From the NCBI GenBank assembly GCA_030390025.1, contig CM059432.1:145640001-145704000 (forward strand): a DNA stretch of 64,000 bases, read 5' to 3'. The notes beneath the pieces were generated by a model that had not been told where the DNA came from, made no database searches, and worked only from the letters and a program-made list of their open reading frames with translations. The first letter of the stretch is position 1. Every line of letters starts with the position of its first letter. The position numbers and the translations under genes are program-made. Shown piece after piece: positions 37,421 through 50,401 of the stretch. Source of the stretch: Squalus acanthias. Taxonomy: Eukaryota.

Positions 37421-38193
37421 GGGGGAAAAATTCAGCTGCTTGCGCCTCCCGTTAGCGCCTTAAGAGGGCGCTAATGGGGCGTAAAGCAGCTAACGCCCGG
37501 GCGCAGCGCCGCCCACGCCTCCCGAAAAATTTAGTGGGAGGTTAGCGGCGGCGGCAGCCGGTAGTGCCCTGTGGCGCTGCGCCGCCGGCGATGACGTCAT
37601 CGCCGTGCGCAGCACCCCGCTCGCGCCCCGGCCATGATCTTCAGTCGCGCCCCCTGATTTACCGCCAGACGCTATGTCCGACGGGTTCAGGGAGGCGTAC
37701 GTGCGGCCGGGGCGGCGATATTTAAAGGGGAGGTGGCAGGCGGCCATTTTTGTTGCTGGCCGCCTGCCAGCACCTGCCCCCGTTGCTGTCCCCGGCCCCC
37801 GTGAAGCCCCCCCACCGTGAAGTGCCGGCTGCGCTCCAAGAGCCCGGCACTTCTCTTGAGTGCCGGGCTCTTTTGTCGGCACTCCCGATCCCTGGGGGCC
37901 CAGCTGGGCCCCGGTTCGCGCTGCGCAGGGTCCCTCCCCTTTAAGAAGGGGAGGAAGGCCTGCAATACCGCGGCGCGACGTGCCGCAGCGCATGGCGCTG
38001 CGGCACGTAGCGCCAGGATATTCACTCGCAGCGCCCCAAGAGGGATGCGGGGTGCTACCAGTAGCGCCCCGCTTCCCTCTTGGGGCGCAACCACTGAAGT
38101 TCCGGCGCGGGGCCGCTAATTTTTTCGGGGCGCTAAAAGTCGCGCCCCGGCGAGGTTAGCGCCCCAAATGGGGCGCGACTCAATTTTTACCCC
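37421..38193. mobile_element. Harbinger-type MITE, TTAGCGCC-motif class
   Basis: TIR GGGGGAAAAATT / AATTTTTACCCC; TSD TTT; same family as 57671-58376 in opposite orientation. Confidence 0.9.
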
Positions 38194-38197
38194 TTTG

Positions 38198-39535
38198 TAT
38201 TTATATAAGGAAGGAAAGAAAGGAGGTGGGTTGGCAGTATTGGTTAAGGAGAATGTTACAGTGCTGGAGAAAGAGGATGTCCGGAAGGGTCAAGGACAGA
38301 ATTTATTTGGTTAGAGTTAAGGAATAATAGAGGTGCCATTACACTACTAGGTGTATTCTATAGGCCACCAACTAGTGGGAAAGATATAGAGGAGGAAATT
38401 TGCAGGGAAATTACAGAGAGGTGCAAGAACTATAGAGTAGTAACAATGGGGGACTTCAATTATCCTAATATAGATTGGGCTAGTAACAGTGTAAAGGCCA
38501 GAGAGGGGGAAGAATTTCTGGAGTGTGTTCAGGAGAGCTTTCTTGATCAGTATGTTTCCAGCCCAACGAGGAAGGAGACATTTCTGGATCTGGTTCGGGG
38601 GAATGAGGTGGATCAAGTGGAGCAAGTGTCAGTAGGGGAACATTTAGGGAACAGTGATCATAGTATCATAAGGTTTAGATTAGCTATGGAAAAGGACAGG
38701 GAGCAATATAGAGTAAAAATACTTAATTGGAGGAAGGTAAATTTCAGTGGGTTGAGAACGGATCTGGCTCGGGTAAATTGGAATCAAAGATTGGCAGGCA
38801 AAACTGTAATCAAACAATGGGCTGCCTTTAAAGAGGAGATGGTTCGGGTACAGTCGAGGTACATTCCCACGAGGGGGAACGGTACGGCAACCAAAGCCAG
38901 AGCTCCCTGGATGACAAAAGAGATCGAGAGTAAGATGAAGCAGAAAAAAGGAGCGTATGACAGATGTCAGGTTGAGAATACAAGTGAGAATCAGGCTGAA
39001 TATAGAAAGTTCAGCAGGGTAGAGAAAACGAAAATAAGAGGGCAAAGAGAGAGTATGAGAATAAATTGGCAGCTAATATAAAAAGGAATCCAGAAGTCTT
39101 CTATAGGCATATAAATAATAAACAGGTCATAAGAGGAGGGGTGGAGCCGATTAGGAACCAAAAAGGAGGTCTACGCATGGAGGCAGAGGGTACGGCTGAG
39201 GTACTAAATGAGTACTTTGCATCTGTCTTCACCAAGGAAGAATATGCTGCCAAAGTCATTGTGAAAGAGGAGGTAGTGAAGTTACTGGATGAGATAAAAA
39301 TTGATAAAGAGGAGGTACTAGAATAGCTGTCTGAACTTCAAGTTGATAAGTCACCAGGAGCGGATGGGCTGCATCCTATAATGTTGAGGGAGGTTAAGGA
39401 GGAAATCGTAGAGATACTCACCATAATCTTCCAATCGTCCTTAGATATGGGGGTGGTGCCAGAACACTGGAGAGTTGCAAATGTTACACCCCTGTTCAAA
39501 AAAGGGTGTAAGGATAAACCCAGCAACTACAGAGA
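38198..39535 (+). mobile_element. CR1 ORF2 fragment (EN to start of RT)
   Basis: MGDFNYPNIDW, LGNSDH, KSPGADGLHP, ANVTPLFKKG. Confidence 0.9.
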
Positions 39536-41167
39536 AACTTGGAGTGGGAGGGGGAGGATCCAGTTGTCGTGGTCCATGTTGGTACCAACGACATAGATAG
39601 GACAAGGAAAGAGGTTCTGCTGAGGGAGTATGAGCAGCTAGGGGCCAAATTAAAAAGCAGAACCACAAGGGTAATAATCTCTGGATTACTACCTGAGCCA
39701 CGAGCAAATTTGGCTAGGGTAAATAAAATCAGAGAGTTAAATGCGTGGCTCAAAGACTGGTGTGGGAGAAATGGGTTTTGCTTCTTGGGACACTGGCACC
39801 AGTACTGGGACGGGAGAGAGCTGTTCCGTTGGGACGGACTTCACTTGGCCAGTGCTGGGACTAGAATCCTGGCGAATCGAATAACTAGGGCTGTAGAGAG
39901 GGCTTTAAACTAATTAGTGGGGGGGAGGTTTCAAGAGAGCAAAGAATAAAAATGTCAGTGGAGAAGGCAATAGAGCAAAGTAGCAATGGGGAAATTAAAA
40001 ACCAGAGCATGACCGGAAGGGACAGAATATATAAAGATAAAGGTAAAGTAGTAAAGGGGGTAAAAGCAGGAATAAATTGTCACAAAACATGTTTAAAAGT
40101 TCTTTATCTGAATGCACGCAGCATTCGTAACAAAATAGACGAGTTGACGGTACAAATAACTACACATGGGTATGATCTGGTGGCCATTACAGAAACATGG
40201 CTGCGAGGTGACCATGACTGGGAACTAAACATCCAGGGGTATTTGACTATTAGGAAGGACAGACAGGAAGGAAAGGGAGGTGGGGTGGCTATGTTAATAA
40301 AGGATGGAATCACTGCAATAGTGAGAAATGATATTGGGTCAAAGGATCAGGATAGTGAAACAGTTTGGGTGGAGATAAGGAATAATAAGGGGAAAAAGTC
40401 ACTAGTGGGCGTAGTCTATAGGCCTCCTAACAGTTGTAACTCTATTGGTCGGAGTATAAATTAGGAAATAGTTGGGGCTTGTAATAAGGGAACAGCTATA
40501 ATCATGGGAGATTTTAACTTTCATATTGACTGAACAAATCAAATTGGGCAGGGCAACCTTGAGGAAGAGTTCATAGAGTGCATTAGGGACGGGTTCCTTG
40601 AGCAGTATGTTACTGAACCAACCAGGGGGCAGGCAATCTTAGATCTGGTCCTGTGTAATGAGACAGGATCAATAAAAAATGTCCTAGTAAAGGATCCCCT
40701 TGGAATGAGTGACCATAACATGGTTGAATTCCAAATTCAGTTGGAGGGTGAGAGAGTTGGATCTCAAACCAGCGTACTAAGCTTAAATAAAGGAGACTAT
40801 GAAGGTATGAGAACAGAGTTGACTAAAGTGGACTGGGAAAATAGATTAAGGTGTAAGATGGTACAGGAGCAGTGGTGTACATTCAAGGAGGTATTTTACA
40901 ACTTTCAGAAAAATATATTCCACTGAGGAAAAAGGGGCGTAAAAGAAAAGACAGCCATCCGTGGCTAAGTAAAGTAATAAAGGATAGTATCCGACTGAAA
41001 ACAAGGGCGTATAAAGTAGCCAAATCTAGTGGGAGGATAGAAGATTGGGAAGCATTTAAAAGCCAGCAAAGAATAACTAAAAGATTAATTGAGAAGGGGA
41101 AGATAGATTATGAAAGTAAACTAGCAAAAAATATAAAAACAGATAGCAAGAGTTTCTACAGTTATAA
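39536..41167 (+). mobile_element. CR1 fragment: ORF1 SGNH-esterase C-terminus plus ORF2 N-terminus
   Basis: VVVHVGTNDI and DGLHL esterase motifs; 39891-41166 near-identical inverted match to 35603-36867. Confidence 0.92.
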
Positions 41168-42336
41168 ATTCTCCCATTTCTGAGTATAAGGGACCTACAT
41201 TTGTCTTCACTAATCTTTTTCTTTTTACATACTTGTAGAAGCTTTTACAGTCCACTTTTATGTTCCTTGCAAGTTTACTCTCATACTCTATTTTTGGATA
41301 AGTACCTGAGGGGAATAAAATTACAGGGCGGGGTGGAGTGGGACTAGCTGAAGTGCTCTTGCAGAGAGCTGGCCAGGCTGGACAGGCCGAATGGCCTCCT
41401 TCGGTGCTGTAACCATTCTATGATTCTATATCGCACCTTTCGCATAGAAAAAAAACTCTCAAGTTACTACATAGAGACTTAGGGGGAAAAAAAATCACAA
41501 ACTCAAAATGGAGTGTCTGAAAAAATCCGTGAGCTGAATTTAAGGTCACAAAAGTATATCTAGTCATTTACCCAGTGCCCCGCGCTATTGTGATTTTATT
41601 TAGTACTCACCAGAATGCAAGTCATCGTGTGTGAGTCCAGGAAAAAGAAAAAAAACCACATTTCAACGGTTATATCATCTTTGCAGAAGTTACTTGTAAG
41701 AGAAGAATTATTTTGCAATGGGGAAAATCCAGACTGTCCACACTCAAAAATCAAGATTAACAGCAAATCATACCACCGGCAAAAAGTCTCCAAGCTCACA
41801 AGGCGAGTTCCCTCAGAAAATATGAGAAGCTTATTCAATGTGCATAAAACAGATGGCCGCTATGATATAAAACCTGAGGGGGAGGATTAACCAGCTACCA
41901 GCGACTGATGTCACAGAAGGGCTCGGAGAGCCTTCAGCCAGTGAGGGACGAGGGCAAGGTTTGGCAACATCTGGCACTCCTGTGTAAAAACAAGTTACTA
42001 TTAAAAGATTAATGATTTCAAAACTGATAAATAATTATTGCTACTTTTAAATGTATTCAATTTCCCCATAATCTTAAAAAAAAATATAAAGAGAGGTATC
42101 AGTAAACACGCTCTACCTTTAGATGTGTGTAGGTAGCCCCAGAGCAGTCCTCCTGATGGGATGAAATCGCTTCTCTCTGCTGATTATAAGGATCCTAAAC
42201 AAAACTAGTTTTAGCATCCTTGATGTAGTTCCTAGCAGGTGTGATCCAAAGTACTCAGAGAAGCTACATGGAAATACCATATTAGTGAATTGGAGGTGTT
42301 CTGTGAAGGGAAGGGTTAAGGTGTCTGTCTATCTAT

Positions 42337-42810
42337 ATCATCAGCAGGTTTCCTTGCCTATGCTTGACCTGAAGCGATAAAACTTTATGGGGTCCGGAGT
42401 CAATGTTGAGGACTCCCAGGGCCACTCCCTCCCAATTGTATACCACTGAGCTGCCACCTCTGGTGGGTCTGTGCTGCCGGTGGGACAGGACATACCCAGG
42501 GATGGTGATGGTGATGGAGGAGTCTGAGACATTGGCTGAAAGGTATGATTCTGTGAGTGTGACTATGTCAGGCTGTTGCTTGGCTAGTCTGTGTTCTCCC
42601 AATTTTGGCACAAGTCGCCAGATGTTAGTGAGGAGTACTTTGCAGGGTCGACTGGGTTGTGTGTGCTGTTGTCGTGTCTGAAGCCGGTGCCTAGGTCAAT
42701 GACGGGTGGTCCGTCCAGTTTTATTCTTATTGTTTTTTGTAGCAGTTTGGTACAACTGAGTGGCTTGCTCGGGGCAGTTAAGAGTCAACCAGATTGCTGT
42801 GGGTCTGGAG
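42337..42810 (-). mobile_element. 5' UTR and EN fragment of the tRNA-headed LINE family
   Basis: Matches 4760-5175; encodes PKLGEHRLAKQQPDIVTLTESYL. Confidence 0.85.
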
Positions 42811-43200
42811 TGGTAGAAGTTTGGAACTCTCTTCCGCAAACGGCAATTGATGCTAGATCAATTGTTAATTTTAAATCTGAGATTGATAGATTTTTGCGAA
42901 CCAAAGATATAAAAGGATATGGGGCAAAGGTATATGGAGTTAGGTCGCAGATCAGCTATGATCTCATTGAATGGCAGAACAGGCTCGAGGGGCTAAATGG
43001 CCTACTACTGTTCCTATGTACTGTGAATAGTTCTGGTCTCCATATTATAAAAATTATACAGAAGCACTGGAGAAAGTGCAAAAAAGATTTACTGGAATGA
43101 TACCAGAGGTTATACCTATCAGGAAATATTGAACAGCCTGGGGCTCTTTTTTCTAGAAAACAGAAAACTGAGGGGTGACTTAATAGAGGTCTTAACGGTG
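42810..43200 (+). mobile_element. Two short CR1 3' fragments
   Basis: VEVWNSLPQ..FKSEIDRFL plus CR1 tail; then an FWSP and LRGDLIEV remnant. Confidence 0.75.
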
Positions 43201-43414
43201 AGGACACTTCAAAGGTGATTCATTAGCTGTGAAGTGTTTTGGGACTTCCTGAGGTTAAAAATGGTGCTAAATAAATGCAAGTTTGTTCTTTTTATGATTG
43301 ATTCAACTGTCAGGAACTTGCTGTTCAGCAGTTGATGGAATGCTTTGTTGGGGCAGCGGAAATTTTACTTCAGCAAGTGAAGCAGACCCAAAAGAGAAAT
43401 GAGTTAGGATGTCC

Positions 43415-43525
43415 TCTCCCAGTTCTGATGAAAGGTCACCACCCTTAACCGTTCACTCTGTTTCTCTCTCTCCACAGATGCTGCCTGACCTGCTGAGTAT
43501 TTCCAGAATTTTCTGTTTTTATTTT
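43415..43525 (+). mobile_element. Penelope-like terminal repeat fragment
   Basis: Matches 16690-16795. Confidence 0.75.
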
Positions 43526-43729
43526 AGGATGTTATCTTGCTTTTACAGTAGATGGAATAATTTGTCAGAAGGGAGCAGCAGGGTGTTGGAAAAAAACACG
43601 AGGGAGATGCAGCAAAAGTCTCCTGCTGCAGAATAAGCAAATGTGGGAAGCGTGCTTTCCAACTCTGTGGAGTTGAAGGTACTGGTCATGCCCTTTGCAG
43701 TTGAATCAATGAGACATGTGTAGAATTTC

Positions 43730-44030
43730 CTACCTTGACGTGTCTTGTGAGAAGATTGAACTTTTTGAGGTATTGTAGCCAGGTCCTTGGAATGAGCAGC
43801 CTCCTACCAAACAGCTTGCTAGCTCGCCATAAAAGAGGATGTTCTTCCTCAGGTGCATTTACTCGAGTAACATTTACACTGCCCTGTTGGAACAGCGAGT
43901 TTCCCATCCCCTCACTGGAAAACATGCACCCGCTCCTGACAATGATTCCCCTCTTAGGTCTGAAACACTCCAGTGGCTTTTAAGCTGCTGCAGGCCTTTA
44001 AGATCTGCAGCAGCCGATTTCAGGAGTTAT
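43730..44030 (-). pseudogene. Highly degenerate Harbinger Myb/SANT exon 1 relic
   Basis: LIPRTWLQYLKKFNLLTRHVK followed by GTAGG donor parallels VIPRTHTQCRKKFNNLTRVVR plus donor at 29270. Confidence 0.5.
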
Positions 44031-46173
44031 TTGCTCCTTTATCTCAGCCACTGTTACATTGAAGGTAAACCTGGAAACTCAGCTGGATTCAGCGCTAGTC
44101 TTGGGTAGATGTTACTCCCACTGCTCGTGCCCCCTTCCAATTATAAGACTGAATACAATGTTGGCCCCAGTATTTATTATAGGTTTTTAAGGATATGGAA
44201 ACACAGAGCAGTATCTGATCACGTTGAGCTGCTGTTCAAGCTTGATAGAATCTGCAGATCTGGTAAGAGTACAGACTTCATTTCCAGGCAATCTGACCCC
44301 ATTCTCTGATATGAACTTTTCCCTAAAGGAGGTAGTGTTTAGTATGTTAAAGAATTGAAGTAATAAAATCCACACAAATAGAAAGAAATTATATCATTCT
44401 GTATTTAAAGCTTTTGGTAAATCTAAGAACTAATTTGTACATGAAACAATAACTTCTTTTAATTTGAAATATAACTCACATGGCTTTAATTATTTACAGT
44501 CCAGCGTTATTTTTGTTCACTTTTACAAACAAAAATGTTTATTTTTTTCCCTTTTGGAAGGCATTTAATCTTCTCCTTTTCTCTTATCCCCCTCACCACC
44601 ATCAACCACTTAGAAAAACGACATTTAAAAACAGGAAAACCACACGCACGAAGCTGATGTCCGTGCTCACTGCGGCACAGAATGTAGCAGCGCTCAGGAT
44701 CTGAACTTGTTTGAAAACTCCCCAATTATGGCGATCTCACTCCAGTTAAAAAATAGGTAGCCCGATACCGCTGTGTTGTGGTCAAGCTTGTACAGCCAAG
44801 CACATTGACAATGTACCTAAAGCATGCCTGCAAAAACAGTGAGAGGAGAAAACTGGCAGAAAATAAATTACACTCCTCTGTCTTCTCTTGCCAGTGATCT
44901 GTTTCAAAATTCGCAAAGGTCAGTTTATTCCAGTTAGTTGACAAGCTGTGGTATATGAACCATTTTGAACTTCCTGTTGGCACGAAGATTGATAGTTGTA
45001 GTATGCATGCTAGTCATATCCACACACACTGTAATATACACCGTGCTCAAAGGTGCTAAAAATACCAATCTTTTGCAGAATTTTTTTTAAAGTAACACAT
45101 CATAATATAACAACCTAACACATTAAAGAGAAAACCTTTAAAGAGAATGCAACAACTTGAACTGATTCATATACTAGTTGTCTCCCACAGCATTGCACAT
45201 GGGGAGTCAACGCCCAATGTAACCTTCGGGTGAAGTAGGGTTAGAGTGTGGAGGATAATTCTATAGGACATGCAGGCATAAATCAGTTCCCATTTTATAG
45301 TACAATCAATTCTTATTTTTCTTTTTCCATTATAAATTCCCATGTCTGCATTTATAATTGAAACTACCTACGTAAACCTGTCACGCTGTAATTACAGTGG
45401 TGGCACTACCATTTACACTGTTTCTCTGGTTTCTGCCAACTTTCCACCAAAATTACAGCAAGAAATTGGCAGAACTCTACAGAAATTCTACTCCAAGATA
45501 AATAGATGTTGTGCTTCAACCAGTGGCCATGCAAAATCGCTTTCTGAACTACTTTCCCTTTACAACAGTCTATGTCCTAATGTCCACTTACAGTTGCCTC
45601 TTTCACATCTGTAGGCACATGCCTCTCCCCTGGCTGCTTCTATTTCCTTTTCCTCTGCCTGATTCTCATTTTCCCTATCGCAGAAATACGTAACAGAGGA
45701 AACCTACAGCATACAGTTTGTCATTTTCACCTCTGCTTTTTCTTGGGTGATCCCTTCACCCAGCCAATCCCCCCCCCACCCCCCGCTTTACTCTGCAATA
45801 TTCTCAGCTCTGACTCACACCACAATTCCCCCCCCCCCCCATAGTTTTTTTTAGTTTTGCCCTTGGGTGTACGAATCCTGCAAAGAAGTTTGAAAATCGA
45901 TTCCATCGTTTCTTTTTCTTTTCACAGCCATGTGTGTGCAGGAAAAATACTGACCTATGGTTAAGTTTAAAACTGACATTATTTATTATATTCTCCTCTC
46001 GGCTGTTCTCTTCTGTTTCTTTCACCTGCTTTTGTTTGCTATTTTCTCTCTCTTACACACCACACAAGCACTAAAATTGCCATTATTTTTCAATTAATAA
46101 TATAATTTTCAATACTTTTACTGTACATGAGGATTGACACTGACTCAAAGTGAAATCATAAGTAACTAATTTC

Positions 46174-47100
46174 TCAATGTGCAGCCACTAGGAAGGTAAG
46201 CACATCGAAGCAGCTCATTGTAGTCAGAGCTAAAAATACTTCATTAATGGTATGTAAGGTCAATGAACAAGGGTGAGCCGCAACTTGGTTTATGTAGAAC
46301 AACCTGAAGCCAAGGTATGGCAGGAAACATGTGATCATAACCAATAAGAACAACAGTGTCTTTGTCTGAGCTCCAAACTGCTGCTGTTTTTGAAAGGTGC
46401 CTGCATGCTTGGCTGCTAATCTTATTATTATACCCATCTGGATGGCAAGCAAAACACAGATTGTCGTTGATACAACAATAACAGAAAGATAGTTCACAAC
46501 CAGCACAAATCCTTGAGTAAATTCAGCCTGGAACTGAAAACATTGCATTTGGTGATATTTCTTTGAAGTGCCGTAGAATCCCAGAAACAGCGGTAAAACA
46601 GCGAGAAGCACCAGGGCCCAGATAACCAGGCTGGCAGCGCTCGCGTGCCACGGCTGGTAAAACTGCATTGTCTCCTTTGCTCGAAAGAAACTGATCATCC
46701 TTATGACAACTATAGTCACATAGAACACGAAGCACAGGTACATGTGAGCATGAATCATCGCACTCACCAGCTTACAAAATATTGCACCGAACTTCCACTC
46801 ACCGAGAGCGTAATAGGAGATGCGGAACGGCACAGTTAGGAGAAACATTGTGTGCACCGATATAAGATTGATCACAGCAGTGGATGTCACTGATTTTCTG
46901 TCAGTTTTTATTTTCCAAGCCATGATGAAAGCTCCAGCAGAACCTCCCACTAACACGACGGCGTAAATTGCTATTAAAGCTGCATTGTGAGTGGTTCCAG
47001 GCGAATCGCAGGTAAGTGAGACATTGGAGGTGGAATTGCTATTGCTGCCTGTGAATGGTCCTGGTGAGGATGTTGTATTATTCATTGCTGAGTTGTTCAT
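46174..47100 (-). CDS. GPR141: GPR141-like orphan class A GPCR, paralogue B (308 aa)
   Basis: Same 7TM GPR141-type motifs; open frame; acceptor TTTTTTCTTGAAG just upstream of the ATG. Confidence 0.92.
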   Translation of the reverse strand: MNNSAMNNTTSSPGPFTGSNSNSTSNVSLTCDSPGTTHNAALIAIYAVVLVGGSAGAFIMAWKIKTDRKSVTSTAVINLISVHTMFLLTVPFRISYYALGEWKFGAIFCKLVSAMIHAHMYLCFVFYVTIVVIRMISFFRAKETMQFYQPWHASAASLVIWALVLLAVLPLFLGFYGTSKKYHQMQCFQFQAEFTQGFVLVVNYLSVIVVSTTICVLLAIQMGIIIRLAAKHAGTFQKQQQFGAQTKTLLFLLVMITCFLPYLGFRLFYINQVAAHPCSLTLHTINEVFLALTTMSCFDVLTFLVAAH

Positions 47101-47859
47101 TTTTCTCCAAATCCTTCAAGAAAAAAAAAACTTGTTGACAACTAAAAGCAAAAAAGTTCTCTGCAAACAATAACAGCAAGTTATTCACACAGCTTTGGAA
47201 GACATATGGAGGTGAAACTAATGAATAATATGGTGCTGTATCTCATGGATAATATGGTGTATGTGTTATCGATATAGTTCCTGTCAGAGTTCACAGACCT
47301 TGTAAAGTTTGATATCTGGGGGGAAAAAAAAGATCATGCCATAGTCATGATGAAACAACAGTACACAGTAACATGCTAATTATTGACGAGTTTATTAGTG
47401 CAGTAACTTAAACTATCATACGGCAGCAGCATTTCTGCTGTATGAGGCCAGAAAGCAGCCTCAGCATGAGGCCTGCTCATGCCCGATGCGTAGAGAAATG
47501 CATCTGTGGTGCTGCAAGTGTGAAACAGCTTCATTTACTTCCACAATGTGGCAGAATCACACCAGCCGCTCAGTATCCACAGAGTGGAACCAAAGAGGTG
47601 CTCCCTTTTTTGCCTTGAACACTTGTAGTGGTTTGTGTAAGCTTGAGGTAGTAAGTATTTTGTTCAGTGTTTTTTTTTAGCATTTAGTGCAAGTTAGGGT
47701 GTCAAAAAAACCAAAAAAACACCCTTAAAACAGACTAAAAGGTATAAATAAATATAGACTAAGATAGGGGAACGAACAAAGATACAGAACCAGGATAACT
47801 AAACCGGCTTTCAAAAAGCATGAGATTTTCCAGTAGGGTCCACTATGCTGGGTAAACTA

Positions 47860-49926
47860 CTTCCTGACCCGGCGACGTCACATGACAGCAGGTTGGTGAT
47901 TGGTTGGTGAGTAATACATTATTTTGCTCCATAAGCTAGGGGAGTGATGAAAACAGGAAACTGGAAACCTAGAACTAATACTTTATTAAATTAATAATTG
48001 AAACTAATTAAATTAATTGGTTAAAAAAAACTAAAAATAAACCAAGTGAATTAATTACATAAAATTTGAATTAATTAAGTATTTAAAACAAGGTTAGATA
48101 GAGATGGCAGTGCAGGAGGTGTTCCGCCTCTGCCGCATGTGGGGGTTTGTGGAGAGCAGCGTGATCCCGGGCAACCACATCTGCAGCAAATGTCTGCAAA
48201 TCGAGGAACTTCAGCTCAGAGTTGTTGAGCTGGAGTCCAAGGTGCAGACATTGCCATGCAACAGGGAGGGAGAGAGTTACCTGGACATTTTGACCCAGGA
48301 GGAAGTCATACCCCTGAGGTTAGGTAGTGGTTTAGATTTGGTTAGTGGTTAGAGACAGGAGGATGTGACTGCGACTCAGGCAGGTAAGGGGACCGTAGAT
48401 GCAGTGGTGGAGGAGACTCTGCCTTTGCCCTTATCCAACAGGTACAAGGTACTTGCTACCTTTGTGGATGAGAGCAAAGACTGCAGGGAGGATGGGCAAA
48501 TTGAGCACTGCACTGTGGTACAGGAGGCCATTGAAGTGGGGGGAGCGAAAAGGAATGCGATAGTTGTAGGAGTCAGTATAGTCAGGGGGATAGATACTGT
48601 TCTCTGCAGCCACAACCAGGAATCTCGAGGGTTAAGGACATCTCCTCACGGCTGCAGAAGAACTTAGAATCATAGAAATTTACGGCACAGAAGGAGGCCA
48701 TTCAGCCCATCATGTCTGTGCCGGCCGAAAAAGAGCTATCCAGCCTAATCCCACTTTCCAGCTCTTGGTCCATAGTCTCTGTTCCAAAGAAAACAACCCC
48801 AGCCTATCCAATCTTTCCTCATAGCTAAAATTCTCCAGTCCTGACAACATCCTCGTAAAGCTCCTCTGTACCCTCTCTAGTGCAATCACATCTTTCCTGT
48901 AATGTGGCGACCAGAACTGTACGCAGTACTCTAGCTGTGGCCTAACTAGTGTTTTATACAGTTCAAGCATAACCTCCTGCTTTTATATTCTATGCCTTGG
49001 CTAATAAAGGAAAGTATCCCGTATGCCTTCTTTACCACCTTATCTAACTTGGAGAAGGAGTGGGAGGATCCTGTTGTTGTGGTCCACGTAGGAATCAACA
49101 ACATAAGTAGAACTACGAATAAGGGAGTGTGAGGAGCTGGGTACAAATTAAAAAGCAGAACCTCAAATGTAATAATCTCTGGATCACTACCTGAGCCACG
49201 TGCAAATTAGCATAGGGACAAACAGATTACAGGTTTGAATGCGTGGCTGACAGAGTGGTGTGGGAGGCAGGGGTTTCAATTCATGGGGCACTGGCACCAG
49301 TACTGGGGAAAGAGAGAGCTGTTCCGTTGGGACGGACTCCGCTTAAACCAGGCTGGGACCAGTGTCCTGGCGAACCGAATAACTAGAGCAGTAGCTAGGG
49401 CTTTAAACTAATAAGGGAGGATTCAGGTAAGGGTAAATCTCTAAATCTTAAGAGAAAAGTCAAGGCTGTAGAGCAGAGTAGCGATTTGGGTAAAATCAAG
49501 CAGATTGGGTCAGGAAGGGACAGAGAGTTTAACAACGGTAATAGGGCACTAGCGACTAAGGCCCTATCAGGGAAAAGTAGCAAAAAGTAAAAATTAAAGG
49601 TGCTGTATATGAATGCAGGAAGCATTTGTAACAAGATAGATGAATTAATGGCACAAATGGAGATAAATAGGTTTGATCTAGTAGCCATTACTGAGACGTG
49701 ATTGCAGGGTGACCAAGGTTGGGAACTAAATATTCCAGGGTACTTTATTTTTAGAAAAATGGAAAAGGGTGTGGGGTAGCCCTGATAATAAAGGATGAGT
49801 GAGGTAAAGGCAGTAATGAGAAAGGATCTTAGCCCAGAAAATCAGGTGTAGAATCAGTATGGGTGGAGCTAAGAAATAACAAAGATCAGAAAACACTGGT
49901 GGGAGTAGTTTACAGGCCCCCTAACA
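47860..49926 (+). mobile_element. CR1 5' portion (UTR, ORF1 Cys-rich/coiled-coil plus esterase, start of ORF2), degenerate
   Basis: CRMW..HICSKCLQIEELQLRVVELE, LSNRY, VVVHVGINNI, LYMNAGSICNK; interrupted by 48666-49045. Confidence 0.85.
48666..49045 (-). mobile_element. Short internally deleted CR1 3' copy
   Basis: LVRPQLEYCVQFWSP; (TTCTATGA) tail; TSD AACTT. Confidence 0.9.
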
Positions 49927-50401
49927 GGAGGAGAGTGGGGTCATTCGATATTTTTTTCCTGGGTAGCCCTGACCTTACATTAGGGCCACGAGACTTACCG
50001 GCACCTACACCTGATGTTGCTCCTGCCGTCTCTGTTCCCTCCCCCCAGAAAATCAACCCTTCACATTGCCCATGGCAACCAACATTAAATTAATCAACTG
50101 AGTTGACTTTTCTCATTAGGGCACTAATTCAGGAAAAGATTATCGAGCTCTAAGCACCCAAGACTGTCGAGGAAATGAGCAGATAAGTATGGTGCATCCA
50201 GAGGACAACCCCATCCCTGAGCCAGGAGTGAGTGGGTGCAGGATTGCCCTTGTTTCTTGGAAATTCTTGTTTTTAAAAGCATCTACTTCCAAGAGTTCGT
50301 TTTAAATATTATTTTCCTTTGCAATTTTCCATCTTACCACATGACTGCGAGGTAACAACTGATTGGCTAGGCAAGACACCACTAAGAACCTCTGCGTCTG
50401 T

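Noticed and set aside
37490..38159. Overlapping GC-rich ORFs and CpG-island promoter
   Set aside because: Coincide exactly with a MITE; the same holds for 1206-1781, 50606-51314 and 57666-58205
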